Made by a program: the position numbers and the translations under genes. The notes below the pieces were generated by a model. It worked only from the letters and a program-made list of their open reading frames with translations, was not told the origin of the DNA and searched no databases. Positions 20,401 through 35,400 of a stretch of 64,000 nt of DNA are shown here, piece by piece. The DNA comes from Eledone cirrhosa (lineage: Eukaryota): positions 22,258,001-22,322,000 of the forward strand of contig OZ024753.1 in the NCBI GenBank assembly GCA_964016885.1, written 5' to 3'. Numbering within the stretch: position 1 is the first letter of the stretch; the number at the start of each line of letters is the position of its first letter.

Positions 20401-23400
20401 GGGGAAGGTTGTATTTGTGACCAGCAGTCACCCATATCCGAGGTTCAAGTCCTGGGAAGGGTGTATTTGTGACCAGCAGTCACCCATATCCGAAGCCCAA
20501 GTCCGGGGAAGGTTGTATTTGTGACCAGCAGTCACCCATATCCGAGGTTCAAGTCCAGGGAAGGTTGTATTTGTGACCAGCAGTCACCCATATCCGAGGT
20601 TCAAGTCCGGGGAAGGTTGTATTTGTGACCAGCAGTCACCCATATCCGAGGCCCAAGGCCGGGAAGGTTGTATTTGTGACCAGCAGTCACCCATATCCGA
20701 GATTCAAGTCTGGGGAAGGTTGTATTTGTGACCAGCAGTCACCCATATCCGGGGTTCAAGTCCAGGGAAGGTTGTATTTGTGACCAGCAGTCACCCATAT
20801 CCGAGGTTCAAGTCCGGGGAAGGTTGTATTTGTGACCAGCAGTCACCCATATCCGAGATTCAAGTCCGGGGAAGGTTGTATTTGTGACCAGCAGTCACCC
20901 ATATCCGAGGCCCAAGGCCGGGAAGGTTGTATTTGTGACCAGCAGTCACCCATATCCAAGATTCAAGTCTGGGGAAGGTTGTATTTGTGACCAGCTGTCA
21001 CCCATATCCGAGGTTCAAGTCCAGGAAAGGTTGTATTTGTGACCAGCAGTCACCGATATCCGAGGTTCAAGTCCGGGGAAGGTTGTATTTGTGACCAGCA
21101 GTCACCGATATCCGAGGTTCAAGTCCGGGGAAGGTTGTATTTGTGACCAGCAGTCACCCATATCCGAGATTCAAGTCCGGGGAAGGTTGTATTTGTGACC
21201 AGCAGTCACCCATATCCGAGATTCAAGTCCGGGGAAGGTTGTATTTGTGACCAGCAGTCACCCATATCCGAGGTTCAAGTCCGGGGAAGGTTGTATTTGT
21301 GACCAGCAGTCACCCATATCCGAGGCCCAAGGCCGGGAAGGTTGTATTTGTGACCAGCTGTCACCCATATCCGAGATTCAAGTCCGGGGAAGGTTGTATT
21401 TGTGACCAGCAGTCACCCATATCCGAGGCCCAAGTCCGGGGAAGGTTGTATTTGTGACCAGCAGTCACCCATATCCGAGGCCCAAGTCCGGGGAAGGTTG
21501 TATTTGTGACCAGCAGTCACCCATATCCGAGGCCCAAGTCCGGGGAAGGTTGTATTTGTGACCAGCAGTCACCCATATCCGAGGTTCAAGTCCGGGGAAG
21601 GTTGTATTTGTGACCAGCAGTCACCCATATCCGAGGCCCAAGGCCGGGAAGGTTGTATTTGTTACCAGCAGTCACCCATATCCGAGATTCAAGTCCGGGG
21701 AAGGTTGTATTTGTGACCAGCAGTCACCCATATCCGAGGCCCAAGGCCGGGAAGGTTGTATTTGTGACCAGCAGTCACCCATATCAGAGATTCAAGTCCG
21801 GGGAAGGTTGTATTTGTGACCAGCAGTCACCCATATCCGAGGTTCAAGTCCAGGGAAGGTTGTATTTGTGACCAGCAGTAACCCATATCCGAGATTCAAG
21901 TCCAGGGAAGGTTGTATTTGTGACCAGCAGTCACCCATATCCGAGGTTCAAGTCCGGGGAAGGTTGTATTTGTGACCAGCAGTCACCCATATCCGAAGCC
22001 CAAGTCCGGGGATGTTGTATTTGTGACCAGCAGTCACCCATATCCGAGGTTCAAGTCCAGGGAGGGTTGTATTTGTGACCAGCAGTCACCCATATCCGAG
22101 GCCCAAGGCCGGGAAGGTTGTATTTGTGACCAGCAGTCACCCATATCCGAGATTCAAGTCTGGGGAAGGTTGTATTTGTGACCAGCAGTCACCCATATCC
22201 GAGGTTCAAGTCCAGGGAAGGTTGTATTTGTGACCAGTAGTCACCCATATCCGAGGCCCAAGTCTGGGGAAGGTTGTATTTGTGACCTGCAGTCACCCAT
22301 ATCCGAGGCCCAAGTCCGGGGAAGGTTGTATTTGTGACCAGCAGTCACCCATATCCGAGGTTCAAGTCCGGGGCAGGTTGTATTTGTGACCAGCAGTCAC
22401 CCATATCCGAAGCCCAAGTCCGGGGAAGGTTGTATTTGTGACCAGCAGTCACCCATATCCGAGGCCCAAGGCCGGGGAAGGTTGTATTTGTGACCAGCAG
22501 TCACCCATATCCGAGGCCCAAGTCCGGGGAAGGTTGTATTTGTGACCAGCAGTCACCCATATCCGAGGCCCAAGTCCGGGGAAGGTTGTATTTGTGACCA
22601 GCAGTCACCCATATCTGAGGCCCAAGTCCGGGGAAGGTTGTATTTGTGACCAGCAGTCACCCATATCCGAGATTCAAGTCCAGGGAAGGTTGTATTTGTG
22701 ACCAGCAGTCACCCATATCCGAGGTTCAAGTCCGGGGAAGGTTGTATTTGTGACCAGCAGTCACCCATATCCGAGGCTCAAGGCCGGGAAGGTGGTATTT
22801 GTGACCAGCAGTCACCCATATCCGAGGTTCAAGTCCGGGGAAGGTTGTATTTGTGACCAGCAGTCACCCATATCCGAGGCCCAAGTCCGGGGAAGGTTGT
22901 ATTTGTGACCAGCAGACACCCATATCCGTGGTTCAAGTCCGGGGAAGGTTGTATTTATGACCAGCAGTCACCCATATCCGAGGTTCAAGTCTGGGGAAGG
23001 TTGTATTTGTGACCTACAGTCACCCATATCCGAGGCCCAAGTCCAGGGAAGGTTGTATTTGTGACCAGCAGTCACCCATATCCGAGGTTCAAGTCCGGGG
23101 AAGGTTGTATTTGTGACCTGCAGTCACCCATATCCGAGGCCCAAGTCTGGGGAAGGTTGTATTTGTAACCTGCAGTCACCCATATCCGAGGCCCAAGTCC
23201 GGGGAAGGTTGTATTTGTGACCAGCAGTCACCCATATCCGAGGTTCAAGTCTGGGGAAGGTTGTATTTGTGACCAGCAGTCACCCATATCCGAGGCCCAA
23301 GTCCGCGGAAGGTTGTATTGGTGACCTGCAGTCACCCATATCCGAGGCCCAAGTCCGGGGAAGGTTGTATTTGTGACCAGCAGTCACCCATATCCGAGGT

Positions 23401-26400
23401 TCAAGTCCTGGGAAGGGTGTATTTGTGACCAGCAGTCACCCATATCCGAAGCCCAAGTCCGGGGAAGGTTGTATTTGTGACCAGCAGTCACCCATATCCG
23501 AGGCCCAAGGCCGGGGAAGGTTGTATTTGTGACCAGCAGTCACCCATATCCGAGGCCCAAGTCCGGGGAAAGGTTGTATTTGTGACCAGCAGTCACCCAT
23601 ATCCGAGGTTCAAGTCCGGGGCAGGTTGTATTTGTGACCAGCAGTCACCCATATCCGAGGCCCAAGTCAGGGGAAGGTTGTATTTGTGACCAGCAGTCAC
23701 CCATATCCGAGGCCCAAGTCCGGGGAAGGTTGTATTTGTGACCAGCAGTCACCCATATCCGAGGCCCAAGTCCGGGGAAGGTTGTATTTGTGACCAGCAG
23801 TCACCCATATCCGAGGCCCAAGTCCGGGGAAGGTTGTATTTGTGACCAGCAGTCACCCATATCCGAGGTTCAAGTCCAGGGAAGGTTGTATTTGTGACCA
23901 GCAGTCACCCATATCCGAGGTTCAAGTCCGGGGAAGGTTGTATTTGTGACCAGCAGTCACCCATATCCGAGGCCCAAGGCCGGGAAGGTTGTATTTGTGA
24001 CCAGCAGTCACCCATATCCGAGATTCAAGTCTGGGGAAGGTTGTATTTGTGACCAGCAGTCACCCATATCCGGGGTTCAAGTCCAGGGAAGGTTGTATTT
24101 GTGACCAGCAGTCACCCATATCCGAGGTTCAAGTCCGGGGAAGGTTGTATTTGTGACCAGCAGTCACCCATATCCGAGATTCAAGTCCGGGGAAGGTTGT
24201 ATTTGTGACCAGCAGTCACCCATATCCGAGGCCCAAGGCCGGGAAGGTTGTATTTGTGACCAGCAGTCACCCATATCCAAGATTCAAGTCTGGGGAAGGT
24301 TGTATTTGTGACCAGCAGTCACCCATATCCGAGGTTCAAGTCCAGGAAAGGTTGTATTTGTGACCAGCAGTCACCGATATCCGAGGTTCAAGTCCGGGGA
24401 AGGTTGTATTTGTGACCAGCAGTCACCCATATCCGAGATTCAAGTCCGGGGAAGGTTGTATTTGTGACCAGCAGTCACCCATATCCGAGGTTCAAGTCCA
24501 GGGAAGGTTGTATTTGTGACCAGCAGTCACCCATATCCGAGGCCCAAGTCCGGGGAAGGTTGTATTTGTGACCAGCAGTCACCCATATCCGAGGCCCAAG
24601 TCCGGGGAAGGTTGTATTTGTGACCAGCAGTCACCCATATCCGAGGTTCAAGTCCGGGGAAGGTTGTATTTGTGACCAGCAGTCACCCATATCCGAGGCC
24701 CAAGGCCGGGAAGGTTGTATTTGTTACCAGCAGTCACCCATATCCGAGATTCAAGTCCGGGGAAGGTTGTATTTGTGACCAGCAGTCACCCATATCCGAG
24801 GCCCAAGGCCGGGAAGGTTGTATTTGTGACCAGCAGTCACCCATATCAGAGATTCAAGTCCGGGGAAGGTTGTATTTGTGACCAGCAGTCACCCATATCC
24901 GAGGTTCAAGTCCAGGGAAGGTTGTATTTGTGACCAGCAGTAACCCATATCCGAGATTCAAGTCCAGGGAAGGTTGTATTTGTGACCAGCAGTCACCCAT
25001 ATCCGAGGTTCAAGTCCGGGGAAGGTTGTATTTGTGACCAGCAGTCACCCATATCCGAAGCCCAAGTCCGGGGATGTTGTATTTGTGACCAGCAGTCACC
25101 CATATCCGAGGTTCAAGTCCAGGGAGGGTTGTATTTGTGACCAGCAGTCACCCATATCCGAGGCCCAAGGCCGGGAAGGTTGTATTTGTGACCAGCAGTC
25201 ACCCATATCCGAGATTCAAGTCTGGGGAAGGTTGTATTTGTGACCAGCAGTCACCCATATCCGAGGTTCAAGTCCAGGGAAGGTTGTATTTGTGACCAGT
25301 AGTCACCCATATCCGAGGCCCAAGTCTGGGGAAGGTTGTATTTGTGACCTGCAGTCACCCATATCCGAGGCCCAAGTCCGGGGAAGGTTGTATTTGTGAC
25401 CAGCAGTCACCCATATCCGAGGTTCAAGTCCGGGGCAGGTTGTATTTGTGACCAGCAGTCACCCATATCCGAAGCCCAAGTCCGGGGAAGGTTGTATTTG
25501 TGACCAGCAGTCACCCATATCCGAGGCCCAAGGCCGGGGAACGTTGTATTTGTGACCAGCAGTCACCCATATCCGAGGCCCAAGTCCGGGGAAGGTTGTA
25601 TTTGTGACCAGCAGTCACCCATATCCGAGGCCCAAGTCCGGGGAAGGTTGTATTTGTGACCAGCAGTCACCCATATCTGAGGCCCAAGTCCGGGGAAGGT
25701 TGTATTTGTGACCAGCAGTCACCCATATCCGAGATTCAAGTCCAGGGAAGGTTGTATTTGTGACCAGCAGTCACCCATATCCGAGGTTCAAGTCCATGGA
25801 AGGTTGTATTTGTGACCAGCAGTCACCCATATCCGAAGTTCAAGTCCATGGAAGGTTGTATTTGTGACCTGCAGTCACCCATATCCGAGGCCCAAGTCCG
25901 GGGAAGGTTGTATTTGTGACCTGCAGTCACCCATATCCGAGGCCCAAGTCCGGGAAGGTTGTATTTGTGACCTGCAGTCACCCATATCCGAGGCCCAAGT
26001 CCGGGGAAGGTTGTATTTGTGACCTGCAGTCACCCATATCCGAGGCCCAAGTCTGGGGAAGGTTCTATTTGTGACCTGCAGTCACCCATATCCGAGGCCC
26101 AAGTCCGGGGAAGGTTGTATTTGTGACCTGCAGTCACACATATCCGAGGCCCAAGTCCGGAAAGGTTGTATTTGTGGCCTGCAGTCACCCATATCCGAGG
26201 CCCAAGTCCGGGGAAGGTTGTATTTGTGACCAGCAGTCACCCATATCCGAGGCCCAAGTCCGGGGCAGGTTGTATTTGTGACCTGCAGTCACCCATATCC
26301 GAGGCCCAAGTCCGGGAAGGTTGTATTTGTGACCAGCAGTCACCCATATCCGAGGCCCAAGTCCGGGGAAGGTTGTATTTGTGACCAGCAGTCACCCATA

Positions 26401-29400
26401 TCCGAGGTTCAAGTCCGGGGAAGGTTGTATTTGTGACCAGCAGTCACCCATATCCGAGGCCCAAGGCCGGGAAGGTGGTATTTGTGACCAGCAGTCACCC
26501 ATATCCGAGGTTCAAGTCCGGGGAAGGTTGTATTTGTGACCAGCAGTCACCCATATCCGAGGCCCAAGTCCGGGGAAGGTTGTATTTGTGACCAGCAGAC
26601 ACCCATATCCGTGGTTCAAGTCCGGGGAAAGTTGTATTTGTGACCAGCAGTCACCCATATCCGAGGTTCAAGTCTGGGGAAGGTTGTATTTGTGACCTAC
26701 AGTCACCCATATCCGAGGCCCAAGTCCAGGGAAGGTTGTATTTGTGACCAGCAGTCACCCATATCCGAGGTTCAAGTCCGGCGAAGGTTGTATTTGTGAC
26801 CTGCAGTCACCCATATCCGAGGCCCAAGTCTGGGGAAGGTTGTATTTGTAACCTGCAGTCACCCATATCCGAGGCCCAAGTCCGGGGAAGGTTGTATTTG
26901 TGACCAGCAGTCACCCATATCCGAGGCCCAAGTCCGGGGAAGGTTGTATTTGTGACCAGCAGTCACCCATATCCGAGGTTCAAGTCTGGGGAAGGTTGTA
27001 TTTGTGACCAGCAGTCACCCATATCCGAGGCCCAAGTCCGGGGAAGGTTGTATTGGTGACCTGCAGTCACCCATATCCGAGGCCCAAGTCCGGGGAAGGT
27101 GGTATTTGTGACCAGCAGTCACCCATATCCGAGGTTCAAGTCCTGGGAAGGTTGTATTTGTGACCAGCAGTCACCCATATCCGAAGCCCAAGTCCGGGGA
27201 AGGTTGTATTTGTGACCAGCAGTCACCCATATCCGAGGCCCAAGGCCGGGGAAGATTGTATTTGTGACCAGCAGTCACCCATATCCGAGGCCCAAGTCCG
27301 GGGAAAGGTTGTATTTGTGACCAGCAGTCACCCATATCCGAGGTTCAAGTCCGGGGCAGGTTGTATTTGTGACCAGCAGTCACCCATATCCGAGGCCCAA
27401 GTCCGGGGAAGGTTGTATTTGTGACCAGCAGTCACCCATATCCGAGGCCCAAGTCCGGGGAAGGTTGTATTTGTGACCAGCAGTCACCCATATCCGAGGC
27501 CCAAGTCCGGGGAAGGTTGTATTTGTGACCAGCAGTCACCCATATCCGAGGCCCAAGTCCGGGGAAGGTTGTATTTGTGACCAGCAGTCACCCATATCCG
27601 AGGTTCAAGTCCAGGGAAGGTTGTATTTGTGACCAGCAGTCACCCATATCCGAGGTTCAAGTCCGGGGAAGGTTGTATTTGTGACCAGCAGTCACCCATA
27701 TCCGAGGCCCAAGTCCGGGGAAGGTTGTATTTGTGACCAGCAGTCACGCATATCCGAGGCCCAAGTCCGGGGAAGGTTGTATTTGTGACCAGCAGTCACC
27801 CATATCCGAGGCCCAAGTCCGGGGAAGGTTGTATTTGTGACCAGCAGTCACCCATATCCGAGGTTCAAGTCCGTGGAAGGTTGTATTTGTGACCAGCAGT
27901 CACCCATATCCGAGATTCAAGTCCGGGGAAGGTTGTATTTGTGACCTGCAGTCACCCATATCCGAGGTTCAAGTCCGGGGAAGGTTGTATTTGTGACCAG
28001 CAGTCACCCATATCCGAGGCCCAAGGCCGGGAAGGTAGTATTTGTGACCAGCAGTCACCCATATCCGAGATTCAAGTCTGGGGAAGGTTGTATTTGTGAC
28101 CAGCAGTCACCCATATCCGAGGTTCAAGTCCAGGGAAGGTTGTATTTGTGACCAGCAGTCACCCATATCCGAGGTTCAAGTCCGGGGAAGGTTGTATTTG
28201 TGACCAGCAGTCACCCATATCCGAGATTCAAGTCCGGGGAAGGTTGTATTTGTGACCAGCAGTCACCCATATCCGAGGTTCAAGTCCGGGGAAGGTTGTA
28301 TTTGTGACCAGCAGTCACCCATATCCGAGGCCCAAGGCCGGGAAGGTTGTATTTGTGACCAGCTGTCACCCATATCCGAGATTCAAGTCCGGGGAAGGTT
28401 GTATTTGTGACCAGCAGTCACCCATATCCGAGGTTCAAGTCCAGGGAAGGTTGTATTTGTGACCAGCAGTCACCCATATCCGAGGCCCAAGTCCGGGGAA
28501 GGTTGTATTTGTGACCAGCAGTCACCCATATCCGAGGCCCAAGTCCGGGGAAGGTTGTATTTGTGACCAGCAGTCACCCATATCCGAGGTTCAAGTCCGG
28601 GGAAGGTTGTATTTGTGACCAGCAGTCACCCATACCCGAGGCCCAAGGCCGGGAAGGTTGTATTTGTTACCAGCAGTCACCCATATCCGAGATTCAAGTC
28701 CGGGGAAGGTTGTATTTGTGACCAGCAGTCACCCATATCCGAGGCCCAAGGCCGGGAAGGTTGTATTTGTGACCAGCAGTCACCCATATCAGAGATTCAA
28801 GTCCGGGGAAGGTTGTATTTGTGACCAGCAGTCACCCATATCCGAGGTTCAAGTCCAGGGAAGGTTATATTTGTGACCAGCAGTAACCCATATCCGAGAT
28901 TCAAGTCCAGGGAAGGTTGTATTTGTGACCAGCAGTCACCCATATCCGAGGTTCAAGTCCGGGGAAGGTTGTATTTGTGACCAGCAGTCACCCATATTCG
29001 AAGCCCAAGTCCGGGGATGTTGTATTTGTGACCAGCAGTCACCCATATCCGAGGTTCAAGTCCAGGGAGGGTTGTATTTGTGACCAGCATTCACCCATAT
29101 CCGAGGCCCAAGGCCGGGAAGGTTGTATTTGTGACCAGCAGTCACCCATATCCGAGATTCAAGTCTGGGGAAGGTTGTATTTGTGACCAGCAGTCACCCA
29201 TATCCGAGGTTCAAGTCCAGGGAAGGTTGTATTTGTGACCAGTAGTCACCCATATCCGAGGCCCAAGTCTGGGGAAGGTTGTATTTGTGACCTGCAGTCA
29301 CCCATATCCGAGGCCCAAGTCCGGGGAAGGTTGTATTTGTGACCAGCAGTCACCCATATCCGAGGTTCAAGTCCGGGGCAGGTTGTATTTGTGACCAGCA

Positions 29401-32400
29401 GTCACCCATATCCGAAGCCTAAGTCCGGGGAAGGTTGTATTTGTGACCAGCAGTCACCCATATCCGAGGCCCAAGTCCGGGGAAGGTTGTATTTGTGAGC
29501 AGCAGTCACCCATATCCGAGGTTCAAGTCCGGGGAAGGTTGTATTTGTGACCAGCAGTCACCCATATCCGAGGTTCAAGTCCGGGGAAGGTTGTATTTGT
29601 GACCAGCAGTCACCCATATCCGAGGCCCAAGTCCGGGGAAGGTTGTATTTGTGACCAGCAGTCACGCATATCCGAGGACCAAGTCCGGGGAAGGTTGTAT
29701 TTGTGACCAGCAGTCACCCATATCCGAGGCCCAAGTCCGGGGAAGGTTGTATTTGTGACCAGCAGTCACCCATATCCGAGGTTCAAGTCCGGGGAAGGTT
29801 GTATTTGTGACCAGCAGTCACCCATATCCGAGGCCCAAGTCTGAGGAAGGTTGTATTTGTGACCAGCAGTCACCCATATCCGAGGTTCAAGTCCGGGGAA
29901 GGTTGTATTTGTGACCAGCAGTCACCCATATCCGAGATTTAAGTCCGGGGAAGGTTGTATTTGTGACCAGCAGTCACCCATATCCGAGGTTCAAGTCCGG
30001 GGAATGTTGTATTTGTGACCAGCAGTCACCAATATCCGAGGCCCAAGGCCGGGAAGGTTGTATTTGTGACCAGCAGTCACCCATATCCGAGATTCAAGTC
30101 TGGGGAAGGTTGTATTTGTGACCAGCAGTCACCCATATCCGAGGTTCAAGTCCAGGGAAGGTTGTATTTGTGACCAGCAGTCACCCATATCCGAGGTTCA
30201 AGTCCGGGGAAGGTTGTATTTGTGACCAGCAGTCACCCATATCCGAGATTCAAGTCCGGGGAAGGTTGTATTTGTGACCAGCAATCACCCATATCCGAGG
30301 TTCAAGTCCGGGGAAGGTTGTATTTGTGACCAGCAGTCACCCATATCCGAGGCCCAAGGCCGGGAAGGTTGTATTTGTGACCAGCTGTCACCCATATCCG
30401 AGATTCAAGTCCGGGGAAGGTTGTATTTGTGACCAGCAGTCACCCATATCCGAGGTTCAAGTCCAGGGAAGGTTGTATTTGTGACCAGCAGTCACCCATA
30501 TCCGAGGCCCAAGTCCGGGGAAGGTTGTATTTGTGACCAGCAGTCACCCATATCCGAGGCCCAAGTCCGGGGAAGGTTGTATTTGTGACCAGCAGTCACC
30601 CATATCCGAGGTTCAAGTCCGGGGAAGGTTGTATTTGTGACCAGCAGTCACCCATACCCGAGGCCCAAGGCCGGGAAGGTTGTATTTGTTACCAGCAGTC
30701 ACCCATATCCGAGATTCAAGTCCGGGGAAGGTTGTATTTGTAACCAGCAGTCACCCATATCCGAGGCCCAAGGCCGGGAAGGTTGTATTTGTGACCAGCA
30801 GTCACCCATATCAGAGATTCAAGTCCGGGGAAGGTTGTATTTGTGACCAGCAGTCACCCATATCCGAGGTTCAAGTCCAGGGAAGGTTATATTTGTGACC
30901 AGCAGTAACCCATATCCGAGATTCAAGTCCAGGGAAGGTTGTATTTGTGACCAGCAGTCACCCATATCCGAGGTTCAAGTCCGGGGAAGGTTGTATTTGT
31001 GACCAGCAGTCACCCATATTCGAAGCCCAAGTCCGGGGATGTTGTATTTGTGACCAGCAGTCACCCATATCCGAGGTTCAAGTCCAGGGAGGGTTGTATT
31101 TGTGACCAGCAGTCACCCATATCCGAGGCCCAAGGCCGGGAAGGTTGTATTTGTGACCAGCAGTCACCCATATCCGAGATTCAAGTCTGGGGAAGGTTGT
31201 ATTTGTGACCAGCAGTCACCCATATCCGAGGTTCAAGTCCAGGGAAGGTTGTATTTGTGACCAGTAGTCACCCATATCCGAGGCCCAAGTCTGGGGAAGG
31301 TTGTATTTGTGACCTGCAGTCACCCATATCCGAGGCCCAAGTCCGGGGAAGGTTGTATTTGTGACCAGCAGTCACCCATATCCGAGGTTCAAGTCCGGGG
31401 CAGGTTGTATTTGTGACCAGCAGTCACCCATATCCGCTGCCTAAGTCCGGGGAAGGTTGTATTTGTGACCAGCAGTCACCCATATCCGAGGCCCAAGGCC
31501 GGGGAAGGTTGTATTTGTGACCAGCAGTCACCCATATCCGAGGCCCAAGTCCGGGGAAGGTTGTATTTGTGACCAGCAGTCACCCATATCCGAGGCCCAA
31601 GTCCGGGGAAGGTTGTATTTGTGACCAGCAGTCACCCATATCCGAGGCCCAAGTCCGGGGAAGGTTGTATTTGTGAGCAGCAGTCACCCATATCCGAGGT
31701 TCAAGTCCGGGGAAGGTTGTATTTGTGACCAGCAGTCACCCATATCCGAGGTTCAAGTCCGGGGAAGGTTGTATTTGTGACCAGCAGTCACCCATATCCG
31801 AGGCCCAAGTCCGGGGAAGGTTGTATTTGTGACCAGCAGTCACGCATATCCGAGGCCCAAGTCCGGGGAAGGTTGTATTTGTGACCAGCAGTCACCCATA
31901 TCCGAGGCCCAAGTCCGGGGAAGGTTGTATTTGTGACCAGCAGTCACCCATATCCGAGGTTCAAGTCCGGGGAAGGTTGTATTTGTGACCAGCAGTCACC
32001 CATATCCGAGGCCCAAGTCTGGGGAAGGTTGTATTTGTGACCAGCAGTCACCCATATCCGAGGTTCAAGTCCGGGGAAGGTTGTATTTGTGACCAGCAGT
32101 CACCCATATCCGAGATTCAAGTCCGGGGAAGGTTGTATTTGTGACCAGCAGTCACCCATATCCGAGGTTCAAGTCCGGGGAATGTTGTATTTGTGACCAG
32201 CAGTCACCCATATCCGAGGCCCAAGTCCGGGGAAGGTTGTATTTGTGACCAGCAGTCACCCATATCCGAGGTTCAAGTCCGGGGCAGGTTGTATTTGTGA
32301 CCAGCAGTCACCCATATCCGAAGCCCAAGTCCGGGGAAGGTTGTATTTGTGACCAGCAGTCACCCATATCCGAGGCCCAAGGCCGGGGAAGGTTGTATTT

Positions 32401-35400
32401 GTGACCAGCAGTGACCCATATCCGAGGCCCAAGTCCGGGGAAGGTTGTATTTGTGACCAGCAGTCACCCATATCTGACGCCCAAGTCCGGGGAAGGTTGT
32501 ATTTGTGACCAGCAGTCACCCATATCCGAGGTTCAAGTCCAGGGAAGGTTGTATTTGTGACCAGCAGTCACCCATATCCGAGGTTCAAGTCCGGGGAAGG
32601 TTGTATTTGTGACCAGCAGTCACCCATATCCGAGGCCCAAGTCCGGGGAAGGTTGTATTTGTGACCAGCAGTCACGCATATCCGAGGCCCAAGTCCGGGG
32701 AAGGTTGTATTTGTGACCAGCAGTCACCCATATCCGAGGCCCAAGTCCGGGGAAGGTTGTATTTGTGACCAGCAGTCACCCATATCCGAGGTTCAAGTCC
32801 GGGGAAGGTTGTATTTGTGACCAGCAGTCACCCATATCCGAGATTCAAGTCCGGGGAAGGTTGTATTTGTGACCTGCAGTCACCCATATCCGAGGTTCAA
32901 GTCCGGGGAAGGTTGTATTTGTGACCAGCAGTCACCCATATCCGAGGCCCAAGGCCGGGAAGGTTGTATTTGTGACCAGCAGTCACCCATATCCGAGATT
33001 CAAGTCTGGGGAAGGTTGTATTTGTGACCAGCAGTCACCCATATCCGGAGTTCAAGTCCAGGGAAGGTTGTATTTGTGACCAGCAGTCACCCATATCCGA
33101 GGTTCAAGTCCGGGGAAGGTTGTATTTGTGACCAGCAGTCACCCATATCCGAGATTCAAGTCCGGGGAAGGTTGTATTTGTGACCAGCAGTCACCCATAT
33201 CCGAGGTTCAAGTCCGGGGAAGGTTGTATTTGTGACCAGCAGTCACCCATATCCGAGGCCCAAGGCCGGGAAGGTTGTATTTGTGACCAGCAGTCACCCA
33301 TATCCGAGATTCAAGATCGGGGAAGGTTGTATTTGTGACCAGCAGTCACCCATATCCGAGGTTCAAGTCCAGGGAAGGTTGTATTTGTGACCAGCAGTCA
33401 CCCATATCAGAGGCCCAAGTCCGGGGAAGGTTGTATTTGTGACCAGCAGTCACCCATATCCGAGGCCCAAGTCCGGGGAAGGTTGTATTTGTGTCCAGCA
33501 GTCACCCATATCCGAGGTTCAAGTCCGGGGAAGGTTGTATTTGTGACCAGCAGTCACCCATATCCGAGGCCCAAGGCCGGGAAGGTTGTATTTGTTACCA
33601 GCAGTCACCCATATCCGAGGCCCAAGGCCGGGAAGGTTGTATTTGTGACCAGCAGTCACCCATATCAGAGATTCAAGTCCGGGGAAGGTTGTATTTGTGA
33701 CCAGCAGTCACCCATATCCGAGGTTCAAGTCCAGGGAAGGTTGTATTTGTGACCAGCAGTCACCCATATCCGAGATTCAAGTCCAGGGAAGGTTGTATTT
33801 GTGACCAGCAGTCACCCATATCCGAGGTTCAAGTCCGGGGAAGGTTGTATTTGTGACCAGCAGTCACCCATATCCGAAGCCCAAGTCCGGGGATGTTGTA
33901 TTTGTGACCAGCAGTCACCCATATCCGAGGTTCAAGTCCAGGGAAGGTTGTATTTGTGACCAGCAGTCACCCATATCCGAGGCCCAAGGCCGGGAAGGTT
34001 GTATTTGTGACCAGCAGTCACCCATATCCGAGATTCAAGTCTGGGGAAGGTTGTATTTGTGACCAGCAGTCACCCATATCCGAGGTTCAAGTCCAGGGAA
34101 GGTTGTATTTGTGACCAGTAGTCACCCATATCCGAGGCCTAAGTCTGGGGAAGGTTGTATTTGTGACCTGCAGTCACCCATATCCGAGGCCCAAGTCCGG
34201 GGAAGGTTGTATTTGTGACCAGCAGTCACCCATATCCGAGGTTCAAGTCCGGGGCAGGTTGTATTTGTGACCAGCAGTCACCCATATCCGAAGCCCAAGT
34301 CCGGGGAAGGTTGTATTTGTGACCAGCAGTCACCCATATCCGAGGCCCAAGGCCGGGGAAGGTTGTATTTGTGACCAGCAGTCACCCATATCCGAGGCCC
34401 AAGTCCGGGGAAGGTTGTATTTGTGACCAGCAGTCACCCATATCCGAGGCCCAAGTCCGGGGAAGGTTGTATTTGTGACCAGCAGTCACCCATATCCGAG
34501 GCCCAAGTCCGGGGAAGGTTGTATTTGTGACCAGCAGTCACCCATATCCGAGGTTCAAGTCCAGGGAAGGTTGTATTTGTGACCAGCAGTCACCCATATC
34601 CGAGGTTCAAGTCCGGGGAAGGTTGTATTTGTGACCAGCAGTCACCCATATCCGAGGTTCAAGTCCGGGGAAGGTTGTATTTGTGACCAGCAGTCACGCA
34701 TATCCGAGGCGCAAGTCCGGGGAAGGTTGTATTTGTGACCAGCAGTCACCCATATCCGAGGCCCAAGTCCGGGGAAGGTTGTATTTGTGACCAGCAGTCA
34801 CCCATATCCGAGGTTCAAGTCCGGGGAAGGTTGTATTTGTGACCAGCAGTCACCCATATCCGAGGCCAAAGTCTGGGGAAGGTTGTATTTGTGACCAGCA
34901 GTCACCCATATCCGAGGTTCAAGTCCAGGGAAGGTTGTATTTGTGACCAGCAGTCACCCGTATCCGAGGTTCAAGTCCGGGGAAGGTTGTATTTGTGACC
35001 AGCAGTCACCCATATCCGAGATTCAAGTCCGGGGAAGGTTGTATTTGTGACCAGCAGTCACCCATATCCGAGGTTCAAGTCCGGGGAATGTTGTATTTGT
35101 GACCAGCAGTCACCCATATCCGAGGCCCAAGTCCGGGGAAGGTTGTATTTGTGACCAGCAGTCACCCATATCCGAGGTTCAAATCCGGGGCAGGTTGTAT
35201 TTGTGACCAGCAGTCACCCATATCCGAAGCCCAAGTCCGGGGAAGGTTGTATTTGCGACCAGCAGTCACCCATATCCGAGGCCCAAGGCCGGGGAAGGTT
35301 TTATTTGCGACCAGCAGTCACCCATATCCGAGGCCCAAGTCCGGGGAAGGTTGTATTTGTGACCAGCAGTCACCCATATCCGAGGCCCAAGTCCGGGGAA